Origin: an uncultured Candidatus Saccharibacteria bacterium
GTDB taxonomy: Bacteria > Patescibacteriota > Minisyncoccia > Phycocordibacterales > UBA12088
Direction of reading: 5' to 3'
DNA length: 64,000 nt
NCBI GenBank assembly: GCA_964409035.1
Contig: CAYPBQ010000001.1
Location: forward strand, 111,638 to 175,637
Under the pieces are notes generated by a model. It had not been told where the DNA came from and did no database searches. It saw only the letters and a program-made list of their open reading frames with translations. Position numbers and translations under genes: made by a program. How positions within the stretch are numbered: position 1 is the stretch's first letter; every line of letters begins with the position of its first letter. Below are positions 46,638-56,302 of the stretch, piece after piece.

Positions 46638-46808
46638 TGTGGAGTGGAGCGAGCAAACTGCTTTGCTCGCGTCGGGCATCGAAAGGCGCAGGCATATCGC
46701 GAAGCGATGCCGAGCCGTGGTCAAGAGTGCTTAGTATTTTTAGAGCAACGCGAATAAAAATAGTTAGCAACTAGTGACCGATTCCCATAAGACGATTCCC
46801 GCCACCTC
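46638..46808 (+). repeat. tmRNA-associated fold-back element 3 (right island boundary)
   Basis: TGTGGAGTGGAGCGAG-[hairpin]-GTCGGGCATCGAAAGGCGCAG..., ends CGATTCCCGCCACCTC; clearly homologous to element 1. Confidence 0.85.
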
Positions 46809-46855
46809 AAGACAAAAATGAAATATCCTCCCCAAGTTGGTGTAATAAGAGTAGT

Positions 46856-47413
46856 ATGCGGGGTATGGAGTCCGAAAGTGACGAAATAGTGGCAGAAAAA
46901 ATACAATCGGGCGATGCCGAGGCGTTTGGTGTATTGATGGATAGGTATGAGGCAAAGATAACCCGATATGCGAGTAGATTTTTGTACTCGTATGATGATC
47001 AGCTTGATGCCGTGCAGGATGTTTTCTTGCGAGCGTTTCAAAATATCCAAAGTTTCAATTCGAGCCAAAAGTTTTCTCCATGGCTATATCGAATTGCGCA
47101 CAACGTATTTCTTAATATCATCAGAAAGAAAGGGAGAGAAAAAATCTCCTTTGTCGATCTCGATACTCTGTTCCCTTCTGGTATCCCAGATGAGAGTGAG
47201 GAAAGAGTCATGCTATCTAATGAGTACCCGCATATTGAACGGTACCTTTCTGCGCTCGATGTAAAGTACAGAGAGGTGTTGGTATTATTTTATTTTGAAG
47301 AACACTCATACGAGCAAATCGCAGAAATATTACAAATCCCAAAGGCAACCGTCGGAGTGCGGTTAAAAAGAGCAAAGAGCGCAATGAAGAAAATAGTAGA
47401 AACATCAGCATGA
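46856..47413 (+). CDS. ECF-type RNA polymerase sigma-70 factor
   Basis: GDAEAFGVL, DAVQDVFLRAF, FSPWLYRIAHN, SYEQIAEILQIP..TV..RL.RA. Confidence 0.93.
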   Translation: MRGMESESDEIVAEKIQSGDAEAFGVLMDRYEAKITRYASRFLYSYDDQLDAVQDVFLRAFQNIQSFNSSQKFSPWLYRIAHNVFLNIIRKKGREKISFVDLDTLFPSGIPDESEERVMLSNEYPHIERYLSALDVKYREVLVLFYFEEHSYEQIAEILQIPKATVGVRLKRAKSAMKKIVETSA

Positions 47414-48162
47414 ACAATCTCAAACACACAGTAATGAATACAATAAAGGCAGGAAATGTCTCTATGCATTCGCGAATGCACTTTATTATTCGTAGCACGC
47501 TCCTCATTACGGGATTTGTTCTATTGTTTGCCGCGTCATTATTTTTGGTAAGTTTTGTGATATTTCTTCTACGAACAAACGGGCTTCTTGGTATCGCCCA
47601 CTTTGGCATGGACGCACTTGGCTCTTTGTTATTTAGCCTTCCGTGGCTAATCCTGCTTTTAGCAGTATTAGTATTTATCACTCTAGAGTTACTCGCATCA
47701 CACTTCTCATTTGTATATAAGCGCCCACTTGTGTATTCGATTCTTGGCGGCAGTGTAGTGGTAGTCTGCGGCGGAGTCCTTATCGCACACAGCACCATTC
47801 ACGAGCAAATGTTTCGACTCAACGAGCTTCGCCCTATACCAGGGATAAATTATATGTACAAGCAAGCATTGTTTACACCCGAGGGGGTACTTGTCGGGAT
47901 TATATCTAGCTCTAGCAGTTCATTTATTGATATTGATACAAGAGGTGGTTCAAGCACCCGTGTCACCGTCCTTGAAAAAACCAGACGACCACCTATGCCC
48001 TTTGCCGTTGGAGATGCGGTAGTGGTAATGACCAAAAAGGAGAACGGCAGTATTACAGCAATAGGTATACGCCCGATTGAAAAGCAACGCGCTCTTTTAC
48101 ACAAAAAGGACATACAGCAACAGAAAAAGGACCTATGCAAAGAGGCGGAATGTCGCAAGTGA
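47410..48162 (+). CDS. membrane protein, probable anti-sigma partner
   Basis: ATGA overlap with the sigma gene; 3 TM plus C-terminal OB-like domain. Confidence 0.65.
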   Translation: MNNLKHTVMNTIKAGNVSMHSRMHFIIRSTLLITGFVLLFAASLFLVSFVIFLLRTNGLLGIAHFGMDALGSLLFSLPWLILLLAVLVFITLELLASHFSFVYKRPLVYSILGGSVVVVCGGVLIAHSTIHEQMFRLNELRPIPGINYMYKQALFTPEGVLVGIISSSSSSFIDIDTRGGSSTRVTVLEKTRRPPMPFAVGDAVVVMTKKENGSITAIGIRPIEKQRALLHKKDIQQQKKDLCKEAECRK

Positions 48163-48285
48163 AATAAGTAACACTAAATGGTGTACTAATAAGTGTGAGG
48201 ACGCTCACGTATCACAATATAAACTTCTGTATCATTGTGATAACAACTTATTAAAAAACACACATTACTTCATACGCATCACTCT

Positions 48286-48879
48286 ATGGTTAAGACATAT
48301 ATTATTGCGGGTATTATCGCAACCAGTATAGTAGCAGGAACTACAGCATTTGCAGCTGAGGACACAATGCCACTACGTGGCGCAGGTCACATTGATAAAG
48401 GAGCAATAGTGGCAGACCTTCTTGGTATTACACAAGATGAATTTATCTCCAGAGTCAAAAATGGAGAAAAGCCAAAGGAAATGCTCGAGAGTGCTGGTAT
48501 TACAAAAGAGGACATGGAATCAGCTCGAGCCACGCATATGCGTGAGCGGCTAGCCAAAGCAGTAGCAGATGGAAAGATAACGCAAGCACAAGCAGATGAA
48601 AAAGTTAAAAAAATGGAACTACGACAAGCTAAGCATGAGTCAATACGCGTAGCTATTACCAACAACGACTACGATGCATTTATTATTGCAGTCGCAGACA
48701 CTCCCCTTAAAGAAAGGGTGACACGAGAAAACTTTGCAAAATTTGTGGAAGCACATCGTCTTCATGAAGCAGGTGACCATAACGGAGCAAAAGCCATCAT
48801 GGACGAGCTCGGACTTAAAGGTCTACATAAGGACGCAAAACACACAAAAGGCATGGGCTCCATAAGGAGTGCAAAATAA
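48286..48879 (+). CDS. secreted helical hypothetical protein
   Basis: Signal peptide ending AFA; AVADGKITQAQAD motif; terminator at about 48907-48928. Confidence 0.7.
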   Translation: MVKTYIIAGIIATSIVAGTTAFAAEDTMPLRGAGHIDKGAIVADLLGITQDEFISRVKNGEKPKEMLESAGITKEDMESARATHMRERLAKAVADGKITQAQADEKVKKMELRQAKHESIRVAITNNDYDAFIIAVADTPLKERVTRENFAKFVEAHRLHEAGDHNGAKAIMDELGLKGLHKDAKHTKGMGSIRSAK

Positions 48880-49005
48880 TGTAGTCACATAAACACAGCA
48901 TACGCACACCGCCCAATAGGGCGGTGTTTCGTTATACAAACAGAATAAATTCATCTTACAAAAAAATGCCGGATAAATCCGGCACAAGCACTGTGAGATG
49001 TTATT

Positions 49006-49431
49006 CTACTTTAAAGGGAAGGGTTCAATCGTTTTCGCCTTTTGAATCCACCAGGTTACCTCCTCCAAATTCGGCGATCTTCGAGATAGTCTCTCTTGTG
49101 CATTTATTTCATCAAGCAGGTCGTGCAGCTCCACGGCTTGTTGTTCTGCCAATACTTTGGCAGAAGTGATATTCCCGATTATCAGTAGATTTAGGAATAC
49201 TTGTCCAATGCCGTGTATACTAGCCAACTCGATACGACCATCACAAGCAATCAATGAATCTAATGAAATCCCTGTGTGTTCAGCAAATGCATCTAGATTC
49301 GGAAATAAATTTCTACGCACAAAATAACCCGGGACTGTGCATATCCTATTTTTTTTGAGTGTAGCTTGCACATTTTTATCTAGTCCTCCCACCTTTGATA
49401 GGGGGAGCTCGTATGCATTTCTATTTCCCAT
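49006..49431 (-). CDS. DUF4332-like HhH protein
   Basis: IHGIGQVF..LL...I.S...LA, RRSPNLEEVTWWIQKAK. Confidence 0.7.
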   Translation of the reverse strand: MGNRNAYELPLSKVGGLDKNVQATLKKNRICTVPGYFVRRNLFPNLDAFAEHTGISLDSLIACDGRIELASIHGIGQVFLNLLIIGNITSAKVLAEQQAVELHDLLDEINAQERLSRRSPNLEEVTWWIQKAKTIEPFPLK

Positions 49432-49629
49432 GACGCTCTCCTTGCTGATGTGCCAGGGAGATTATGCAATATAATCTATATTTAGCAATACCCTGTGTGT
49501 AAAATGAGTTTAAATATAAAACACTACATGCCACAGCAAAAGATTTATCCCGGTTACGGGACTACTTTTCTGTAATTGATGCTGTATAACCTAGGGTTAT
49601 TCTTTCTCAATATTTGCTATACTTCATAC

Positions 49630-50688
49630 ATGCGATTTGGATATATACAACAATTTTTCTTTTTTGGATTACTACTCGTTACCACGGCAACCTTTTTGTG
49701 GATGATTGGTGGATTTATTATGCCTATCTTTTGGGCAATAGTGCTCTCTATTGTCTTTTATCCTTTTTTTACCAGATGCGCTGATACCCTATTTGATAAT
49801 CGTACTGTCGCCTCACTCATTACGATACTTATTTTAATTGTTATCGTACTTGCTCCACTTATCAGCATTGCAGGGCTTGTGGTAAAAGAATCTATCACAC
49901 TGTATCAAACCATTACAGAAAACGGATCAGCACAAACACAAACACTTTCACTACTTGAGCACCTTGATGATCTTTCCTATTACCTTGAACCGTACGGAAT
50001 CACCGAGGCAATGGTCAAAGAAAAATTGAAGTCATATGTAGCTGGTATATCATCGTGGCTTACTTCATCAGCACTTACAATAAGCCAAATAACATTTTCT
50101 TTCCTTATCAATATTTGTTTAATGTTGTATATACTCTTCTTTCTTCTTAAGGACGGTGATGCGATACAGAAAAAATTGCTGCATATTCTCCCACTTGGAG
50201 ATAAGTATGAAAAGCTCCTTTTTGAGCGATTTAGTGCTACCACCCGAGCAGTGGTAAAGGGTACATTAGTGATCTCCGTCATCCAAGGCATTATTGGCGG
50301 CGTACTCTTTTATCTTACTGGAGTTACGGCGCCTGTGTTATGGGGCGTGGTTATGACATTTCTTGCTATTATTCCTGCGGTAGGTCCAGCAATAGTATGG
50401 ATCCCTGCGGGAGTTATTCTCATTCTCTCAGGTTTTCTATGGGAAGGCTTTACTATTCTTCTTGTGGGAAGCCTCCTTATTAGCCTTGTTGATAACGTGC
50501 TTAGACCTCTTCTTGTTGGGCGAGACACGCAAATGCCAGACGCAATAGTGTTACTTTCAACCATTGGCGGTCTTGCCACCTTTGGTATATCTGGCTTTGT
50601 TATTGGGCCAATTGTTGCCGCATTCTTTATTTCATTGTGGTCTATTTTTGAGGAGAAGTACCACGCGGAACTTTCTCAAAACACCTAA
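49630..50688 (+). CDS. AI-2E family transporter
   Basis: FFLLKDG, IPAVG, DNVLRPLLVG, GG...FG..G..IGP. Confidence 0.92.
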   Translation: MRFGYIQQFFFFGLLLVTTATFLWMIGGFIMPIFWAIVLSIVFYPFFTRCADTLFDNRTVASLITILILIVIVLAPLISIAGLVVKESITLYQTITENGSAQTQTLSLLEHLDDLSYYLEPYGITEAMVKEKLKSYVAGISSWLTSSALTISQITFSFLINICLMLYILFFLLKDGDAIQKKLLHILPLGDKYEKLLFERFSATTRAVVKGTLVISVIQGIIGGVLFYLTGVTAPVLWGVVMTFLAIIPAVGPAIVWIPAGVILILSGFLWEGFTILLVGSLLISLVDNVLRPLLVGRDTQMPDAIVLLSTIGGLATFGISGFVIGPIVAAFFISLWSIFEEKYHAELSQNT

Positions 50689-50690
50689 CG

Positions 50691-51302
50691 CTACTTAATT
50701 AGTTCAACATATTCTCCAAGTACCCATCCTTCTGTCTTTGCATCTACCACAATAAGATACCATCCGTCTTTTAGCTCTTTGTATTCGTATTCTGTTCGAG
50801 GAGATACGCGAGTCACACGAGTACCTGTTGGAGATGGTGTCGCACGAACATTAAGCCACCCTGTCTCGGTCTCTCGTATACGAAGTTTCTTAACCACTAC
50901 TGAGGGAGTTGGTGTGGTGCTTGTTGCTACGGTACTTGTAGCCACGGTAGTAGGCGGAGTAAGACTATCATCAAGTGGTGTTTCGTCTATTACCACCTCT
51001 GGTCTATTACTTGTTGAAATACCCAAGGTAAGAAAATGCGGTGCGTAAAAAACAATTCCTGCGATAATTCCAATAACCGCACTTACCACTACAATCTGAA
51101 ATAGCACCCCTAAAAAGGAGACGTCTTTAAGAAATGGTCGATGGGGACGGGGTGGATATGGCTTATTGCTTGTTGTGTATGCTTCCTCAACCTCATCTTC
51201 AAACACATCATCAATGACAGCTTCCGGTTCATAGGTCTGCTCGCTTGCTTTTGCCTTACGCGTGATATCTTCTGTATGTGGTTTTTGTCGTTTGCCCTCC
51301 AT
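50691..51302 (-). CDS. membrane-anchored SH3b domain protein
   Basis: TM, Thr/Pro linker, ETETGWLNVRATPS...GWY...EGWV. Confidence 0.8.
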   Translation of the reverse strand: MEGKRQKPHTEDITRKAKASEQTYEPEAVIDDVFEDEVEEAYTTSNKPYPPRPHRPFLKDVSFLGVLFQIVVVSAVIGIIAGIVFYAPHFLTLGISTSNRPEVVIDETPLDDSLTPPTTVATSTVATSTTPTPSVVVKKLRIRETETGWLNVRATPSPTGTRVTRVSPRTEYEYKELKDGWYLIVVDAKTEGWVLGEYVELIK

Positions 51303-51334
51303 GTGTGTAGTATAACTCCAGTGCACTGCTTTTA

Positions 51335-53326
51335 CTATGCCTCAAATTTCAATGGGTCACACTCCTTACAAATACCCAATGTATTGAGTTTTGCTAGATA
51401 ATCAAGCACGGTAATAACGTATTCTGCATGACTCCAAACTAGTGGCGCAACAGATACCTGACTCCCTGTGTATGGGTTAATTTGCTCTGATAGAATTCCA
51501 GAGGGGGTAGCGTATTTTGTCATCCATTCGAATACCTTTCTTACCTTATCTAAGTCACCATCATCTTTTGCGGTAGCAATATCAAATTGCGTAAACCATA
51601 GTGTTGTAATAAACCAAGGATTTTCTGATGCATCATCACCTGATCTAAAGTATTGATCATGCTCATAACGCTTTATGCCTCCAATATGCGTATCTACATG
51701 CAACTTTTTCCGAGTAACCGTAAATGCTCGTATGAGTCGCTCATCAGTAGGAGGAAGTACTCCAAATCGAAACACTCCATACGCGCTACTAGCATCTAGG
51801 GTTCGCTCTGGGTGGACTACACCATCTTCAATCATGATTGAGCGGTAAAAAAATCCATCTCCCGCATCATAACAATATTTGATAATGCTCTGCTGTATCT
51901 CCTTAGCAACATCACTGTATAAGAGCGCCTCGTCGTGCTTTCCGAGTAATGTTGCAAATTTTGACGCGACCGTAAGAGCGCCATACACAGATGAGGCGGT
52001 AAATGTGTGTATTCCGTACCTCTCTTCCCATATATCATAGCTAGGTAGTGGCATTCCTGTTTTCTCATCACGATATTTACACAAAAATTGTGCCGTCTTC
52101 TTTATAAGAGTATTGTAGACCTCTTCAATAAACTCAAGGTCTTTGGATAGCTCGTAGTAGCGCCACAGCGAATAGAGCACTAGTGCTGTCTCATCTTCTT
52201 GAATTGGGAGTACTCGCTTCCCCTCTCGTAACCATGGATGCCACGAGCTACCAAGAGAACCATCAACACCATACTTGTGCATAAAGTAACCACCATCAGA
52301 GAGTATTTGATTACAAAACTCAAAAAAACGCTTTGCAGGAGAATATGATCCTGATTGATAGAGGGCGATAGTGGTAATTGCTCCGTCGCGTGGCCACGAG
52401 TACGCATAAGAATCTTTACCCTGGTGGAGGATATCTGAATCAGAAGAGGCAATAACTGCCCCTCCCGCGTCAACATGCGCGCGAATAGTAAATAATGACC
52501 TTTTAAACAAGGCAATCGCCTTTTCTCCCATACCATAAAAGGTGTACGGTCTACGGCTAACCCACGCTCTCCAAAAGTCAGTGGTGGTAGTAATCAAATG
52601 TTGTGGACCCTTTTGAAGCACATACGAGTTAAGGGCGGTAACTTCAGGTATCGAAAATCCCGCACACATCCAAAAAAATACTTCTTTTTGTTCACGCGGC
52701 AAAAATCTAATTCCACATCCAATTACCGAATCAGCAGGTCCATGTTCGATAGGATTCTTGGATAGGATACCTTCTTCTGCGTCTCTAAAAGAACCCTCTT
52801 TATTCCATATACCTTGAATGCCAGTAGTATACTCAGTAAATTTTTTACCATCAGCAATAGCATTTACCAAAAACACCCGCTTGCCCTTATAGTGTATGAC
52901 TGCATGCGTATCAGGATCAAAGTATGCCGTGTGTGCCGTAGATGATTCGTATATCTGAAACTCTTGCCCAAAGAATATTTTTACCACGCGCTCATCGTTA
53001 CGTTCGTTTTTTATGGAAAACTTTCTTACCAAAATTGTCTTTTCGTTATATACCACGTCAGTTATTGTGATAGAAATACCAAGTTCGTGATTACGAGCCG
53101 TGGTAACTCCAACCTGCGAATCAATCTCAGAGCCAACCTGTATGTCCCACGCATTATCAACAAACCAATAAAAAACTCCATCTACCCATACGCCTACACG
53201 GTGAATAAGCCCCCTGCCCACATGGTTTTCTAACCCGACTTGCGGATAATACAAATCCTTAACCTGCCCATCAGCATCAAATCCAATAAGCAAATTACCA
53301 TTACCGAGTGTGAGCGATCTAGACAT
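51335..53326 (-). CDS. glycoside hydrolase family 15 (glucoamylase-like)
   Basis: YSWPRDGA, DIWEE, LSEQ, PLVWSHAEY. Confidence 0.9.
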   Translation of the reverse strand: MSRSLTLGNGNLLIGFDADGQVKDLYYPQVGLENHVGRGLIHRVGVWVDGVFYWFVDNAWDIQVGSEIDSQVGVTTARNHELGISITITDVVYNEKTILVRKFSIKNERNDERVVKIFFGQEFQIYESSTAHTAYFDPDTHAVIHYKGKRVFLVNAIADGKKFTEYTTGIQGIWNKEGSFRDAEEGILSKNPIEHGPADSVIGCGIRFLPREQKEVFFWMCAGFSIPEVTALNSYVLQKGPQHLITTTTDFWRAWVSRRPYTFYGMGEKAIALFKRSLFTIRAHVDAGGAVIASSDSDILHQGKDSYAYSWPRDGAITTIALYQSGSYSPAKRFFEFCNQILSDGGYFMHKYGVDGSLGSSWHPWLREGKRVLPIQEDETALVLYSLWRYYELSKDLEFIEEVYNTLIKKTAQFLCKYRDEKTGMPLPSYDIWEERYGIHTFTASSVYGALTVASKFATLLGKHDEALLYSDVAKEIQQSIIKYCYDAGDGFFYRSIMIEDGVVHPERTLDASSAYGVFRFGVLPPTDERLIRAFTVTRKKLHVDTHIGGIKRYEHDQYFRSGDDASENPWFITTLWFTQFDIATAKDDGDLDKVRKVFEWMTKYATPSGILSEQINPYTGSQVSVAPLVWSHAEYVITVLDYLAKLNTLGICKECDPLKFEA

Positions 53327-53699
53327 TATACTTAGCAAGCGAAGCTCTAACTGCATCTATAGTTTCGTGTCTTGTTTGCGCGCGTTTGATTTTTTTAGCA
53401 CACGCATCATCACAAAGGACAATACCGACCCATGGCACAAAGTCATTTCGCTCGGCATTAACATGATAAGAAAACTGCGCATCATCAATTTCCTCTAGAA
53501 CACGAAGTAATTCGAGTAGATTACTTATAATGTGTCCGCTACTGAAGTAGAAACGATACTCTCCCTCAGCGTGCAATAAATCCTTTTTGACATTTGATTT
53601 TTTGGTAACGGATTTTCTGGCGGTTTTTGGAAGTGCTGACCGTGAAGTACGCTTCTTTAATGAAGACGCTGCTTCTGTGACGACTTCTTTTTTTGCCAT
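53319..53699 (-). CDS. DUF5752-like protein with basic N-terminus
   Basis: FYFSSGHIISNL.EL...L, FSYHV...RNDFVPWV. Confidence 0.65.
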   Translation of the reverse strand: MAKKEVVTEAASSLKKRTSRSALPKTARKSVTKKSNVKKDLLHAEGEYRFYFSSGHIISNLLELLRVLEEIDDAQFSYHVNAERNDFVPWVGIVLCDDACAKKIKRAQTRHETIDAVRASLAKYNV

Positions 53700-53807
53700 A
53701 GATATAGTGCCGTTAACATTATAATTGCCTTGTATTCCTAATATATCTCTAAACGTTTCCCACATAATTGATGCGTATAGTGTAAGTATACCACTGTGAT
53801 AGCGTGC

Positions 53808-55016
53808 CTATGTCTTGTTATGCACAGCTTCTATCCGCAGTGTGAGGTCTTTAACGGCATTCATATAAGCAATAAAGGCATCGTATGGAGAGTCATACGG
53901 AGAAAAGTACGCATGCACATCACCGTCATTAGACCACTTAGTACACATATAATAAAAATGATCAGATGTTTGGAGTTTTCGCCACGAAGTAATTAGTGCT
54001 GAATCGTTAGTAGCAAGAACACTCTCTTCAAGTTTATATATCGCCTCAATCGCACTCCTCTGCATATCATTTGCCACCCACGCGGTAAGGTCCCTATCGG
54101 TATCTGCCCACGTAAGTATCTCTGGAGAATCAATCTCTCCCCTATCTTGATAGGATGCTACTGTTTGTGAGGGTGTCTTGAATGAATTATCTGGATGAGC
54201 AAGAATCGCTGAAGGCAACGCGCGTAAAAAATCAAAAATACCAGTATCTTCCCATTGATGTTCACCAAATGTTTCAAAATCCATAAAGAGATTAACCGTC
54301 TCTCCATTTCCATTGATTGAGGAAATCCAGTGCGCGTAGGTGTCTGCGGTAAGAGGCCACGATTCCCAACTTTTTTGACCAAAGCGAAATGCGACATCAT
54401 CAGATAACTTGTAGTTTTTTAATAGTAGCTTTATGTTTGTTGCTCCCTTTGGATGGTACACAAAATTTGGACTTCTCTCTCCTAAAATTGTATGCCATCC
54501 CTCAGCAAGTACTGCCGTATACCCCGCGCGATCTGCCCATATCCCAACGTTGTTATTATATGAAAGTTCAGTATTTCTAAATACCGTTGGTGTAACACCA
54601 AATAAATCCTGTATTTTCTTTTTATGAAGAAGTACTTGTCGTTCAAACTCCTTTTGTGAATAGAAAAATGCTAGTGAATGGTAATAAGTCTCACTCAATA
54701 CTTCTACTCGGCCAGTTGCAATTACCTGCCTAAACAACACAAGCGTGTCACTATCCCATGCCTCAAGTTGTTCTAACACTAGCCCAGAGAATGATAGAGA
54801 AAAGGTAAACTCTGGATGCTTCTCTAGTAACTCCAATAGCACACGTAGTGTTGGTGCATAGGATTTACTGGCAACTTTTTTTAGTATCCATTCATTATTA
54901 AGATTATTCGATCCTGTTGCATTAAAGTACTCGCTATCCTCAGCAATATCAAATACTCGGTACCGCTTTACCCGGTATGGCTGATGAACCTGTAAATATA
55001 TACACACTGATGCCAT
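53808..55016 (-). CDS. glycoside hydrolase family 57 (alpha-amylase-like)
   Basis: VHQP, ETYYHSL, FRNTEL, DFETFGEHQW, LQTSDHFYYM. Confidence 0.93.
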   Translation of the reverse strand: MASVCIYLQVHQPYRVKRYRVFDIAEDSEYFNATGSNNLNNEWILKKVASKSYAPTLRVLLELLEKHPEFTFSLSFSGLVLEQLEAWDSDTLVLFRQVIATGRVEVLSETYYHSLAFFYSQKEFERQVLLHKKKIQDLFGVTPTVFRNTELSYNNNVGIWADRAGYTAVLAEGWHTILGERSPNFVYHPKGATNIKLLLKNYKLSDDVAFRFGQKSWESWPLTADTYAHWISSINGNGETVNLFMDFETFGEHQWEDTGIFDFLRALPSAILAHPDNSFKTPSQTVASYQDRGEIDSPEILTWADTDRDLTAWVANDMQRSAIEAIYKLEESVLATNDSALITSWRKLQTSDHFYYMCTKWSNDGDVHAYFSPYDSPYDAFIAYMNAVKDLTLRIEAVHNKT

Positions 55017-55017
55017 A

Positions 55018-56211
55018 TTACATGGGGTTTCTTCCAACTCGTTTATAGATTTCTTTCATTCGGAGGGCGGACTTTTCCCATGTCGCTGCTGATGCTTCTG
55101 CCTTACCGTGTCTAATCAACTCATGGGCAAGTGCTGGGTACTCGATCGCGCAAAGTATCTTGTTTGCTAGTTCATCAATATCCCAAAAATCAACCTTAAG
55201 TGCGTGAGTAAGTATCTCAGCAACACCAGATTGCTTTGATACGATAACTGGTGTGCCGTGCATAAGTGCCTCAAGCGGCACAATACCAAACGGCTCTGAG
55301 ACAGAGGGCATTACCACCACATCTGCTGTCTTATACATACTATCTCGCTCATCTCCCCATAATGGTCCAGCAAATAACACATTTCCTGAGAGACCTAGCG
55401 CTGCGGTCTCACGAATAATCTGTCGTTCCATATCACCGGAACCAGAGATAACAAATAATACGTATGGATTAATTTCAACCACCCGCTTTGCTGCTCTGAT
55501 AAAGTAATCTGGGCCCTTTTGTATAGTGATTCGTCCATGATAGAGCACAACACGGTATCCATGTTGTCGCAATACCGCAAGTGACGATTGAACATTTGAT
55601 GCACTTATTGCAACCCCATTGTACACTACAGATATTTTTGATTCTTCAATTAAAAACTTTTCTATAATCATCCGTTTTGTTCGCTCACTCACCGCCACAA
55701 TATGATCTGCTGAAAGAAAAGCCCCGCGCTCTATGTCATAAATCTCTTTATCTACATGATTACTTGCTGCTTGATCAAAAGATAGCGAATGCACATGTAA
55801 TACAAGTGGCTTTTTAGTTTTTCTCTGCACGGCTACCCCAGCCAAATAGCTCACCCAGTCATGAGCATGTATCACATCAAAGTCGATATCACTCACCTGC
55901 CCTTGTATCTGGTGTGCGTACACCTTTGATTCATCTATGAGCTTGTTCCACGAATGAGTGAGTGGGACATCTCCCTCATGTGGTAATGAAGAAATATAGG
56001 GACCATGCCACCCATCTTTTGAAAAAAAGTCGGGAACTGAACAAAATACAACAGGCATACTAGTATCAATTGATTGAGGCTTTGGAAGCACAAAGGTAAT
56101 ATCACATCCGTCAGCTATGAGTGCATCTGTAAGACCCTTGCACGCAACACCAAGACCGCCCATGGTTTGCGGAGGAAAATCCCAACCAATCATCAAAACC
56201 CTTTTGCTCAT
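55018..56211 (-). CDS. GT4 family glycosyltransferase
   Basis: WDFPP..MGGLG, IHAHDW, GRITIQKG, PSVSEPFGIVPLEA. Confidence 0.92.
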   Translation of the reverse strand: MSKRVLMIGWDFPPQTMGGLGVACKGLTDALIADGCDITFVLPKPQSIDTSMPVVFCSVPDFFSKDGWHGPYISSLPHEGDVPLTHSWNKLIDESKVYAHQIQGQVSDIDFDVIHAHDWVSYLAGVAVQRKTKKPLVLHVHSLSFDQAASNHVDKEIYDIERGAFLSADHIVAVSERTKRMIIEKFLIEESKISVVYNGVAISASNVQSSLAVLRQHGYRVVLYHGRITIQKGPDYFIRAAKRVVEINPYVLFVISGSGDMERQIIRETAALGLSGNVLFAGPLWGDERDSMYKTADVVVMPSVSEPFGIVPLEALMHGTPVIVSKQSGVAEILTHALKVDFWDIDELANKILCAIEYPALAHELIRHGKAEASAATWEKSALRMKEIYKRVGRNPM

Positions 56212-56302
56212 GCAATATGCTGTATTACAACATCTCTATTGTACCTCAATACAAAAGGGCGACATAGTCGCCTTTTTGTATATCTCTCTTTAAGTGAGCA
56301 AC

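Larger units (their letters stand above)
42633..46808. mobile_element. small genomic island at the tmRNA 3' end (no integrase in window)
   Basis: Bounded by tmRNA 3'-end copies at 42614-42632 and 46793-46808; accessory cargo. Confidence 0.65.

Noticed and set aside
46515-46757. 80-aa ORF MSTCGDCDVRA... as an alternative precursor
   Set aside because: It has no RBS and runs through the terminator and fold-back element 3; the 46406-46552 frame has promoter, RBS and terminator.
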